The notes under the pieces are model-generated. The model saw only the letters and a list, made by a program, of their open reading frames with translations. It was not told the DNA's origin and searched no databases. Source: an uncultured Pseudomonadales bacterium (lineage in GTDB: Bacteria; Patescibacteriota; Microgenomatia; UBA1400; UBA12028). Taken from it: DNA of 64,000 nucleotides. Below, in pieces: positions 9,553-17,839 of the stretch; position 1 is the stretch's first letter; every line of letters starts with the position of its first letter. Made by a program: the position numbers and the translations under genes. The DNA is taken from assembly GCA_964635905.1 (NCBI GenBank), contig CAZWPK010000001.1, forward strand, positions 68,894 to 132,893. Direction: 5' to 3'.

Positions 9553-10257
9553 ATGCATCGATATCCTAGCAGTCTTGTTACTAAAGCTAGAACGCTAAGA
9601 AGTACTGGGGTCACCTATTCTGCTATTCAGAGAGCTTTGAAAAGAAACATTCCGAAAAGCACATTATCGGATTGGTGCAGTGGTGTTACGTTGCCTGATT
9701 ACTATTCAGAAGATATCCAAGAATTAAACTTGTCTAACCTTCATAGAGGACGTGCAATTGCGGCTGTTTCAAACAAACATAAAATTGAGATGCAAAAGCA
9801 AGCCTTCTACGAAAAAAACCTGCCGATTTCAAATCACATACTGGATCCAGACACTGCAAAAATTGCGCTCGCTATGCTTTGCCTTGGTGAAGCCTCAAAA
9901 TCTAGAAAAGGTGGGACGACAGTTTTCTATTTGGGCAACACTGATCCGCGAATCATCGTGCTGTTTATACAATTACTAAAGTACTGTCTTCCATATGACA
10001 TTGAGAAAGTCCGTTGTACTGTTCAATGTAGGGCAGATCAAGACACTAAAGAGCTGGAGGAATATTGGATAGGAGTCACTGGAATTCCAAAAAAATACTT
10101 TTATAAACCTCAAATAGATCCAAGGACTTTGGGTAAACCTACTCAAAAGAAAAACTACAAAGGCGTTTTAAAAGTTGAATATCATGATAGAAGAGTTCAG
10201 CTTGAGCTGGAATCTTTAGCAGATCTGTCTTATAATCGGATATCTCAGGGCCCGTAG
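9553..10257 (+). CDS. HTH plus LAGLIDADG-like protein abutting a tRNA
   Basis: N-terminal HTH (LRSTGVTYSAIQRAL..IPKSTLSDW) and ALAMLCLGEASK..LGNTDPRII..EEYW motif. Stop codon lies inside tRNA-Ala. TTGAAT-17-TACGAT promoter 6 nt before ATG. Confidence 0.7.
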   Translation: MHRYPSSLVTKARTLRSTGVTYSAIQRALKRNIPKSTLSDWCSGVTLPDYYSEDIQELNLSNLHRGRAIAAVSNKHKIEMQKQAFYEKNLPISNHILDPDTAKIALAMLCLGEASKSRKGGTTVFYLGNTDPRIIVLFIQLLKYCLPYDIEKVRCTVQCRADQDTKELEEYWIGVTGIPKKYFYKPQIDPRTLGKPTQKKNYKGVLKVEYHDRRVQLELESLADLSYNRISQGP

Positions 10258-10318
10258 TTCACCGGTAGAATAATTCGATGGCATCGAATAGAAAGGGGTT
10301 CGATTCCCCTCGGGTCCA
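10248..10318 (+). tRNA. tRNA-Ala(GGC)
   Basis: Acceptor GGGCCCG/CGGGTCC with G3:U70, anticodon arm ATTCG-ATGGCAT-CGAAT with A32-U38, T arm AGGGG-TTCGATT-CCCCT, discriminator A. CCA not encoded. Confidence 0.93.
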
Positions 10319-10351
10319 CAAAATCTTATTTTTCTTCCAGGGAAAATAGTA

Positions 10352-10735
10352 TTAAAGCATTCTCAATACATGGGGCAAGAAAATTCTGACTCCGATCACT
10401 GCAGCAGCTGTTGCAGCAATTAAGACTGCTCCCGCCGATAAATCTTTAGCTTTCCCAAGTTTCTTGTTTGCATACGGGACGTGGCAATCATCACGGATCA
10501 GATTAACGAGCTGCTCGATCGCTGTATTAAACGTTTCTGCGCTCAAAACTAACCCAATTGCAAATAATAATTCAACCCAGTCTGCAGAGGATAAGGGAAA
10601 GAAACAAGCCACGATTAGGACCACAATTGCGGCAATCGCATGCACTTTCATGTTTCGTTCTTGAAAAGAAAGCTTGACCCCGTTAAAGGCATAGATAAAT
10701 CCCTTAAAAAATTTCTTCATCCTTTGATGATACAA
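10352..10735 (-). CDS. dgkA: Diacylglycerol/undecaprenol kinase family protein
   Basis: ERNMKVH, AETFNTAIEQLVN, KAKDLSAGAVL, three TM helices. Confidence 0.9.
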   Translation of the reverse strand: MYHQRMKKFFKGFIYAFNGVKLSFQERNMKVHAIAAIVVLIVACFFPLSSADWVELLFAIGLVLSAETFNTAIEQLVNLIRDDCHVPYANKKLGKAKDLSAGAVLIAATAAAVIGVRIFLPHVLRML

Positions 10736-10752
10736 TATCTACACATTCTTTG

Positions 10753-10823
10753 GGGCTGTTCGTATAGTGGTAATACATAGCATTCGCATTGCTAGAACGG
10801 GGGTTCGATTCCCCCACAGTCCA
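10753..10823 (+). tRNA. tRNA-Ala(CGC)
   Basis: Acceptor GGGCTGT/ACAGTCC with G3:U70, anticodon arm TAGCA-TTCGCAT-TGCTA, T arm GGGGG-TTCGATT-CCCCC. CCA not encoded. Confidence 0.93.
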
Positions 10824-10900
10824 CCCGTATCCTTCTTCAAATTTGGTTTTCCTTGTTTCGTTAAAAAGTGCTATTCTTATTCCTTAAAAAGGAGAATCCT

Positions 10901-11113
10901 ATGGCAACAATTGAAGAGCAAATGGAGAGAGCACATCATTTCGCTGACACCAGTTCAGTGATTGGTAGGGGATTTAGGCCATCACCTGGAGTAAAGGAAA
11001 TAGAACTCAATGATCCAGACCTAACGACTGAACCCGGAACAAAAGTAGATCTTTCAAAAGAAACGCAATCACCATTCATGCGTTTTCTACGAACGATACT
11101 CCGGAGCAGATAA
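10901..11113 (+). CDS. Small hypothetical protein (70 aa)
   Basis: ATG at 10901 preceded by AAGGAG. Fills the gap between the tRNA and a convergent ORF. Confidence 0.55.
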   Translation: MATIEEQMERAHHFADTSSVIGRGFRPSPGVKEIELNDPDLTTEPGTKVDLSKETQSPFMRFLRTILRSR

Positions 11114-11117
11114 CGGC

Positions 11118-11288
11118 TTATTTCCCAACCACTTGCTTTAGGGCATCAAGCACAAACTGGACCACAAACTTAATCAGTTGTGCGCCAAAGATAATCGTCT
11201 TTTCAAGAATTGACGTTCCTGCCTGTATAGCAACACGTTTAAAATCGTTTTTATCGGGTTGGTAGGGGGAGTTGTAGGCCATGGGCAT
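11118..11288 (-). CDS. Small hypothetical protein (about 56 aa)
   Basis: MPMAYNSPYQPDKNDFKRVAIQAG..., amphipathic C-terminus. The upstream extension overlaps the ABC gene and was trimmed. Confidence 0.5.
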   Translation of the reverse strand: MPMAYNSPYQPDKNDFKRVAIQAGTSILEKTIIFGAQLIKFVVQFVLDALKQVVGK

Positions 11289-11339
11289 AGTATACTCCAG
11301 ATACCGACATGTCGTCACGGTGCTACAATAGTAGGCTCT

Positions 11340-12311
11340 ATGTCCGTGATTTCTGTAAAAAATCTCACTAAAACGTTCCAAATTAGCCAAAAAGACCCTG
11401 GTTTTTGGGGTGCAGTTCAATCCTTTGTGCATCGGAAAACGATTCCCATGACGGCAGTGGATGGAGTATCTTTTAGCATCGATAGTGGCGAACTAGTTGG
11501 ATTTATCGGTCCAAACGGTGCGGGGAAAACGACCACTTTGAAGATGCTTTCTGGGTTACTTTATCCCTCAGATGGAAAAGTGAAGGTATTAGGGCATACA
11601 CCCTTTGAACGGAAGCGGGAATTCTTGCGGCAAATCTCGTTGGTGATGGGACAGAAAAATCAGCTATGGTGGGATCTTCCTGCAATCGATACTTTTTTAC
11701 TGAATAAAGAAATCTACGAAATTGAGACTGACAACTTCAAAAAAACGTTGGATCGTTTAATTGAACTTTTACATGTTGGTGATGTGCTAAAAACTCCGGT
11801 TCGAAAACTGTCCCTGGGGCAACGGATGAAAATGGAATTGATTGCGGCGCTCTTGCATCAGCCTAAGGTTCTCTTTTTGGATGAGCCAACCATCGGTTTG
11901 GATGTAGTAGCGCAATCCTCGATGCGCGAGTTTATCAAAGAATACAATACAACCTATGGGGCGACCATTATCTTGACGAGCCATTACATGGAAGACGTCA
12001 AGGAATTGTGCAAACGGGTCGTTATGATTGACCACGGAAAAGTACTCTTTGACGGTGCATTGACTGACTTGATTACCAAACACACGAAATGGAGGCGTAT
12101 AACGCTTCGACTTGAGAAGAAGGTGGATGAAAAAACGCTTGAAACGTTTGGAATTGTCAAAAAGAACGACCATCCCATCGTTGTCATCGATGTTGATCGA
12201 TCAGCAACCAAACGCGTTGCCTCCACAATGTTAGCTACACTCCCAGTTGCAGATATTGAAATTAGTGAACCGAAAATTGAAGATGTTATTCGGGATGTAT
12301 TTATGTCCTAA
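11340..12311 (+). CDS. ABC-2 type exporter ATP-binding protein
   Basis: GPNGAGKTT, LSLGQRMK, LFLDEPTIGLD, LTSHYM. Start set at ATG 11340, 10 nt after TACAAT. Confidence 0.95.
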   Translation: MSVISVKNLTKTFQISQKDPGFWGAVQSFVHRKTIPMTAVDGVSFSIDSGELVGFIGPNGAGKTTTLKMLSGLLYPSDGKVKVLGHTPFERKREFLRQISLVMGQKNQLWWDLPAIDTFLLNKEIYEIETDNFKKTLDRLIELLHVGDVLKTPVRKLSLGQRMKMELIAALLHQPKVLFLDEPTIGLDVVAQSSMREFIKEYNTTYGATIILTSHYMEDVKELCKRVVMIDHGKVLFDGALTDLITKHTKWRRITLRLEKKVDEKTLETFGIVKKNDHPIVVIDVDRSATKRVASTMLATLPVADIEISEPKIEDVIRDVFMS

Positions 12312-12437
12312 CCAGAATGCGTGGAAACCACCATTTTCGGTAGACATGATCCGTTCTGCTGTATCTAGAAGTAGAAAGATGTGGATAGATCATGTCTTGA
12401 AGTACGCGGTGAATGTTCTGGTAATGGTTAGTATGAT

Positions 12438-13235
12438 ATGAAAAGACACGTTGCCTTATTTTTACTCCATATGCAGGATGTGCTGCAGTATAAGCTGCGT
12501 TCCTTGGTGTGGATGCTGGTCAACTGTACCGGAATTGGAATTTTAATCATTTTTTGGATGGCAAAAATACATTCCAATCCGTCCGCATACACCAACGCGG
12601 ACCTACAGACATTAATTTCGTATTACTTACTCATGCTTCTGTGTGGCAACGTATTGATTTCGCATACGGAGACTGATGTCTCGGTCTTGGATATCCAAAA
12701 AGGCGAACTTTCTAACTATTTGCTCAAGCCCATTTCCTATCTGGTCATGAAGTTCTATGGGGAGATTAATTGGAGAATTCTCTCTGGCTTTTGGGCAGTT
12801 CTTCTGCTGGTTGTGGTTTGGCTATCGGGATTTCCGATTCACATTACGCAGTCCCTTGGCTTGATGCTGTTGTTTCTGGTCAGTGCATGTCTGGGATTTC
12901 TCATTTCCTTTCTCCTTACCATGCTACTTGGATTAAGCGCAATCTGGGTTACCTCGACCAAAGGTTTGTTTGAGCTCTACGAGGTCGTCCTATTATTGTT
13001 CACCGGATCCATGATTCCGTTATCGCATTTCCCAGAGCAATTCAAGACCATGGCCTACCTTACACCGTTTGCCTCGATTCTTCCCATCCCTGTGGAATTC
13101 TTGCAGGGGATTCCGCACGGACCCACGATCTTGTGGAGATTGGTGCTGCAGCTTCTCTGGCTGACGATCTTGTACCTTGGATACCGGGTGATCTGGAAAG
13201 TTGGGGCTCGAGCCTATAGTGGGGTAGGACAATGA
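12438..13235 (+). CDS. ABC-2 type permease (DUF990-like)
   Basis: Six TM helices, DIQKGELSNYLLKPIS motif, follows the ABC ATPase. Confidence 0.88.
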   Translation: MKRHVALFLLHMQDVLQYKLRSLVWMLVNCTGIGILIIFWMAKIHSNPSAYTNADLQTLISYYLLMLLCGNVLISHTETDVSVLDIQKGELSNYLLKPISYLVMKFYGEINWRILSGFWAVLLLVVVWLSGFPIHITQSLGLMLLFLVSACLGFLISFLLTMLLGLSAIWVTSTKGLFELYEVVLLLFTGSMIPLSHFPEQFKTMAYLTPFASILPIPVEFLQGIPHGPTILWRLVLQLLWLTILYLGYRVIWKVGARAYSGVGQ

Positions 13236-14020
13236 AACGCATTGCAAACATCTATCGGCAATTGTTTAAAGCCAACTGGAGCAAAACCTTGGTCTATCGG
13301 ATGGACTTTATTAACAGTGTGCTCTCCGGTTTCTTATGGGGAGGCTTTAGCATCATCACGATTAGCTTATTAACCTCCAATGTTTCCCAAGTAGCGGGGT
13401 GGAAATCCGGAGAGATTCAGATGCTCAACGCCGCATACTGGGTGCTCGCTGGTATTTTTCATCTTTTCTTTACCAAAAACTTTTCAGCAGCCGCTCGAAT
13501 GCTTCATTTCGGAGAGATTGATAGCTTAGCCCTAAAACCCATCAACACGTTATTTCTGTTAACCACCAGCGAAATTGCCTATGCGTCGACGATTCGTATG
13601 ACAGCCGGGATCTTCTTTCTGTCCTGGTTAGCGGACCGTCAGGGGATCGCGTTATCGCCGGAACGCTGGGGACTTTTTTTCTTGATGGGGATTGCGGGGA
13701 TAGCAATCCTGTATGCCGTACACGTTTTGCTAATCTCCTTGTTACTCTGGAGGAGTTATCTTTCTAATCTGCTGGAGTTGGGGTCCCTATATATGTCCAC
13801 TGCGCGAAATCCCGTGGACTTACTCCGCTATGTGCCTTCCGTACTTTCTCCAGTCTTTTTTATCGCGCTGATAACCGTCAGTATCCCGACACAGTTTTTG
13901 CTTGGAAAGGGAACGCTGGAACGCGGCGGACTCTTGATCGGAACAGCAGTGATGTTACTTTTTTTTAGCACACGCTTTTGGAATTATTCCTTGAAACGGT
14001 ACACCGGTGCAAGTGGGTAA
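13232..14020 (+). CDS. ABC-2 type permease (DUF990-like)
   Basis: Six TM helices, GEIDSLALKPIN, ends RYTGASG. ATGA overlap with the previous gene. Confidence 0.88.
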   Translation: MKRIANIYRQLFKANWSKTLVYRMDFINSVLSGFLWGGFSIITISLLTSNVSQVAGWKSGEIQMLNAAYWVLAGIFHLFFTKNFSAAARMLHFGEIDSLALKPINTLFLLTTSEIAYASTIRMTAGIFFLSWLADRQGIALSPERWGLFFLMGIAGIAILYAVHVLLISLLLWRSYLSNLLELGSLYMSTARNPVDLLRYVPSVLSPVFFIALITVSIPTQFLLGKGTLERGGLLIGTAVMLLFFSTRFWNYSLKRYTGASG

Positions 14021-14108
14021 ATCGGTTCATCTCTGGCAAGTTACCCCCACCACAGCTTCGATGTTTCACTGGAGTAGTCCACACTCTTTTGCACAAAAGC
14101 ATTGACTG

Positions 14109-14117
14109 TGTGGATAA
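14109..14117 (-). promoter_or_regulatory. DnaA-box consensus, with degenerate neighbours
   Basis: TGTGGATAA (TTATCCACA on minus strand) in the intergenic region. TAGTCCACA and TTTTGCACA lie within 40 nt upstream. Confidence 0.4.
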
Positions 14118-14218
14118 CAACGATCGGGTTTTCGTACGACGACAACAAAAAGAGACGAGGTGCCGTCTTTGGGGGTTTGAGTACTGTCAAAAAACAGGCT
14201 ATAGTAGGAAGATAGGCT

Positions 14219-14755
14219 ATGGCAGTGACACGTCAAAAATTCTTTCTCGATTCTGGTTTTACTCTTCTTGAGTTAATTGTTGTGATGGCAATTATTGGCA
14301 TCCTCGCAATGCTGGCGGTAGGCAACTTTCAATCCAGTCGAATCAAAGCTAACGATGCACGACGGAAGAGTGATTTAAAACAAATCCAGGCTGCTTTAGA
14401 ACAATATCATGCAGACTTTGGAAACTATCCTGGATCTGCCAGTAATGGAACTATCCTAGGTTGTGGAGCGGGGACGTCAACGTGCAGTTGGGGTGCTGCC
14501 TTTTCGATTACTGGAGGGGCAGTGTATATGAGTAAATTGCCCTCAGATCTGTCTCCTCAACGGTACTATTATGTGGGAAGCACAACAGGTCGATCTTACC
14601 AACTGTTTACCACCCTACAAAATACTCGAGATAATGACAATACCACCTTCACTGCGATTGCACCCAACTGTGCCTCCACGGGGACACTGGCGTGTACCTA
14701 TGGAGTATCCAGTTCAAATGTCACGATCGGTAGTGCTGTATCTACCATGCCATAA
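14219..14755 (+). CDS. Type IV pilin / GspG-like pseudopilin
   Basis: Prepilin site G|FTLLELIVVMAIIGIL, DARRKSDLKQIQAALEQY, paired cysteines. Confidence 0.92.
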   Translation: MAVTRQKFFLDSGFTLLELIVVMAIIGILAMLAVGNFQSSRIKANDARRKSDLKQIQAALEQYHADFGNYPGSASNGTILGCGAGTSTCSWGAAFSITGGAVYMSKLPSDLSPQRYYYVGSTTGRSYQLFTTLQNTRDNDNTTFTAIAPNCASTGTLACTYGVSSSNVTIGSAVSTMP

Positions 14756-14765
14756 AGGAAATGCT

Positions 14766-15263
14766 ATGAAGATCAAAGTGCTTTCGCGTTTTGTCCTCCA
14801 ACAGGGGTTTAGCTTAGTGGAATTGATTGTGGTTATTGCGATTATCGGAATCCTTACTGGACTAGTGGTAACCAATCTTTCTGGCGCTCGGGAGCGTGCC
14901 CGTGATGCACGACGAAAAGCAGATCTTCGGGCTATACGGGATGCACTACAGCTGTATCAAAATGATTATGGTGCATTTCCTGGAAATAATGCTTCTGGCC
15001 AAATCTTAGGTTGTGGAGCCTCCGGAACATCTGCCTGTGCCTTTGGCAGTGCATTTAGCGCAAATGGGAATGTCTATATGGGGCGTATTCCGCAGGATCC
15101 ACTCAATCGGAGTACCTATGTGTATCGCTATGCGGCAAATGCAACCGTCGATTATTTGTTGACAACAAACCTAGAAAACATCTCCGATCCGGATATCGCC
15201 AAATCACAAACGCGTTGTAACGTGTCGACAGGTGGAACACAATACGTGGTGTGTAACCAATAG
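14766..15263 (+). CDS. Type IV pilin / GspG-like pseudopilin
   Basis: G|FSLVELIVVIAIIGIL, ARDARRKADL, PQDP. Start set to ATG 14766. Confidence 0.92.
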   Translation: MKIKVLSRFVLQQGFSLVELIVVIAIIGILTGLVVTNLSGARERARDARRKADLRAIRDALQLYQNDYGAFPGNNASGQILGCGASGTSACAFGSAFSANGNVYMGRIPQDPLNRSTYVYRYAANATVDYLLTTNLENISDPDIAKSQTRCNVSTGGTQYVVCNQ

Positions 15264-15308
15264 GAATACTATTGACCCCAGTACACTTGAGACTATAATC
15301 AGATATCT

Positions 15309-15599
15309 ATGACAGAGACTACCCTTTATCGACAACTTACAATTGAACAGGTAACCGCAGCAATAGCTCGTAGTCTAGAGGATGCGCGATTCACTGACCA
15401 ACAACAGGTTTTAGTAATCCTACTTGCGCAGGCCCGCATGCTAGCACTAAACGCTCATGTAGGGATCTATAAAGTAGCAGAGGAGAAATCGCAAACTAGA
15501 AAAGTCCAAATCGCTTCCGCGTTGCAATATTTTGCCAGCCGAGCTGGAGAGTCTGATATCTTTGCCGCCTACGAAATCATTCCGGCACCACGGGACTAA
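15309..15599 (+). CDS. Hypothetical protein (96 aa)
   Basis: Own promoter TTGACC-16-TATAAT 9 nt before the ATG, followed by a hairpin. Confidence 0.6.
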   Translation: MTETTLYRQLTIEQVTAAIARSLEDARFTDQQQVLVILLAQARMLALNAHVGIYKVAEEKSQTRKVQIASALQYFASRAGESDIFAAYEIIPAPRD

Positions 15600-15615
15600 T
15601 GATTGGTATGTATTA

Positions 15616-15639
15616 AAACCGCCCCTGATGGAGCGGTTT
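15616..15639. terminator. Hairpin between convergent genes, probable bidirectional terminator
   Basis: AAACCGC...GCGGTTT stem with A/T-rich flanks. Confidence 0.55.
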
Positions 15640-15664
15640 CTTGCATTCTATTTTTCAACTAACA

Positions 15665-17734
15665 CTATTCCTCCGGCACATCCGGAATCGCCGATGCGGA
15701 GGCAATCCCTGCGTCATCCGTCAAGCTGACGGGGGTGTTGACTTTTGGAGTGGCACTTTGGGTCGCCTCAATGGCTTGTGGTCGAGGCGTTGCTGTTGGC
15801 TTCGGGGTTGCAGAAGGCGTTGCTGTCTGTGTCGCCGCTGCGCTGGCGGCATCCCCCAGTTTCTTGCGTAAGGCATCTGCTTCTACTTTAATTTTTTCAT
15901 ATTGTGGATCATCTTGTTTGATCAGAGTGAGAGTCTTATCTAAGTAGGCAAGCTGTTGTGGTTCCTTTTTTACTTCTTTTGCAATATCAGCCAAGTTAAA
16001 GTACGCATTAGCGTAATCTGGTTTGAGTTGGACGGCCTGTTCTAATAATCGAGTAGCCTGGTCTAAGTTTTTCGCGCGGCGGAAAACACCGGCTAAATCA
16101 ACCCGGATTTTAGGATCCGATGGCGCTCGTTGAATGGCTTGAACATAGGCAGCAACTGTCCATTGGTCAGCTTGTTGTGCAGCTCCAATCAGTGCTTCAT
16201 AGATGGTTGCTAAGGTTTGCCAGTTGGCTACATTAGCAGGATCAAGCGCTACTGCAGCTTTTGCTTCATTAATCCCTTGTTGAATCAAGGTGAGCGCTGT
16301 CTTTCGATCATCCTCCGAAGGTTCTTTTTTTTGTGTTAATCCTTGGGCAATCAGTACGTTCGTGTTTGCAAAGGAACGGCGAAATTCCTCATGATGGGGA
16401 GCGATTTGAATTGCACGTCGTGTTAAATCGTACGCATCTTTTGCCTTATTTGCTCGAATGGCAGCTAATGATTGATTAAAAACAGTTTTGGCAATCGCTG
16501 AACGGATGTTAAAGAAAAGGGCAATTCCAGAAAGAGCGCACAAAACCACACAGACAAATCCCAAGACACCAAAAGCAACCTGACGTTCATCCTTACTTGT
16601 CTTATCCTTCGCGTTGACTAATGAGAATTCCGACTCCTCCACTCCCTCACTGGGAAGAGAATAGGAACGGGTATTTGTTGCCCATACCATTGCCAACAAG
16701 GTAAAGAGAGCAAGCAAAATGACATTGACGGGGAGAAGAAGGAAGAGAATGACGATCGTTAGGGTTGCGGCGGCAACAGGTAAGTCTTGTTTCTGTGTTT
16801 TTCTCAGTAACGCAAGAATTCCCAAGCCAATGAGAGCTAGTGCTGATAAACCGACAATTCCATGGGTCACCACAATATCGAGTGGGAAGCTACGAGCATT
16901 TGCGTATCGAATGAACCAGAACTCACCTTGGTTCATGGCAACAGGGCGCAAAATGCTAAAAGCATTGAGATAACTTTCAGTTCCAACCCCTAGGATTGCA
17001 GTACGTGGATTTTTAAGCACATCGAGCGCAATACTCCAACTTTGCTGAAAACTCATTAATACTGGACTTTGTGGTTGACCGGGAAGCAAGAGAGAGGCAT
17101 TGAGGAGCAATCCTAAGACCATGAGTCCACTCATCGCAGCGACAACCAATTTTTCTACAGTTTTCTTTGAAGTTACAAAAAATGTGAGTGTAGCAGCCAA
17201 TGCGACGATAAGCACCGTGGTATTGAGAAGAGGACCTCCATTGGGAAAGATTCCCGAGAGGGTGGAGTTGCCCGCACCAATCAAGGGGTTGAGGTTTATT
17301 CCAACCCGATCGAGCGCAGAAAGGATACTTATTATTACTCCACTGGCACCCAAGGCGTAGACAATTTTTGACGTTAATCGACTATGTAGCAACGCCGTTC
17401 CTAGGAAGTAAAGTAAAGCACAAGCAATATAAAACATTCCTGTCCCAGTCAGAGCTGCCATTTTATTTGGTGCGGAAACAACGATTGACATTAATGTCGA
17501 GAGGAGTAAGACAATAAATCCAAGGTTGAGTGGGGTGCGTGTGATCACTAACTTACGACGGAAAAAGGAAAGAACTGCAAAAAGAGTCAAACCAATCAAC
17601 GCTAGGGCAATGACAATCAGTCGTTTACCACCTTCAAAACTCTCCGGTAGAAAAGGGAGAAAAGCCAACGGAAGCAAGAATGTTAATCCGACAGCACTAA
17701 CGGCACTGAATTTGGAGAGAAGTGAGTTGCGCAT
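15665..17734 (-). CDS. Polytopic membrane protein (O-antigen ligase/Wzy_C-like) with C-terminal TPR repeats
   Basis: About 12 TM helices, ILGVGTESY..F..ARSFPLDIVVTHGIVG loop, TPRs (AVQLKPDYANAYFNLA), Pro/Thr/Ala tail. Start moved to ATG 17734. Confidence 0.75.
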   Translation of the reverse strand: MRNSLLSKFSAVSAVGLTFLLPLAFLPFLPESFEGGKRLIVIALALIGLTLFAVLSFFRRKLVITRTPLNLGFIVLLLSTLMSIVVSAPNKMAALTGTGMFYIACALLYFLGTALLHSRLTSKIVYALGASGVIISILSALDRVGINLNPLIGAGNSTLSGIFPNGGPLLNTTVLIVALAATLTFFVTSKKTVEKLVVAAMSGLMVLGLLLNASLLLPGQPQSPVLMSFQQSWSIALDVLKNPRTAILGVGTESYLNAFSILRPVAMNQGEFWFIRYANARSFPLDIVVTHGIVGLSALALIGLGILALLRKTQKQDLPVAAATLTIVILFLLLPVNVILLALFTLLAMVWATNTRSYSLPSEGVEESEFSLVNAKDKTSKDERQVAFGVLGFVCVVLCALSGIALFFNIRSAIAKTVFNQSLAAIRANKAKDAYDLTRRAIQIAPHHEEFRRSFANTNVLIAQGLTQKKEPSEDDRKTALTLIQQGINEAKAAVALDPANVANWQTLATIYEALIGAAQQADQWTVAAYVQAIQRAPSDPKIRVDLAGVFRRAKNLDQATRLLEQAVQLKPDYANAYFNLADIAKEVKKEPQQLAYLDKTLTLIKQDDPQYEKIKVEADALRKKLGDAASAAATQTATPSATPKPTATPRPQAIEATQSATPKVNTPVSLTDDAGIASASAIPDVPEE

Positions 17735-17839
17735 AAATAAAACCCTTTGTAGAGCTAACAACCGGAGTATAAGGTTATCGAATATTCTTTCCTTCCACAA
17801 TAGCAGGTTTTTTAACTTATCTCTAGAGGGATCTCTATG

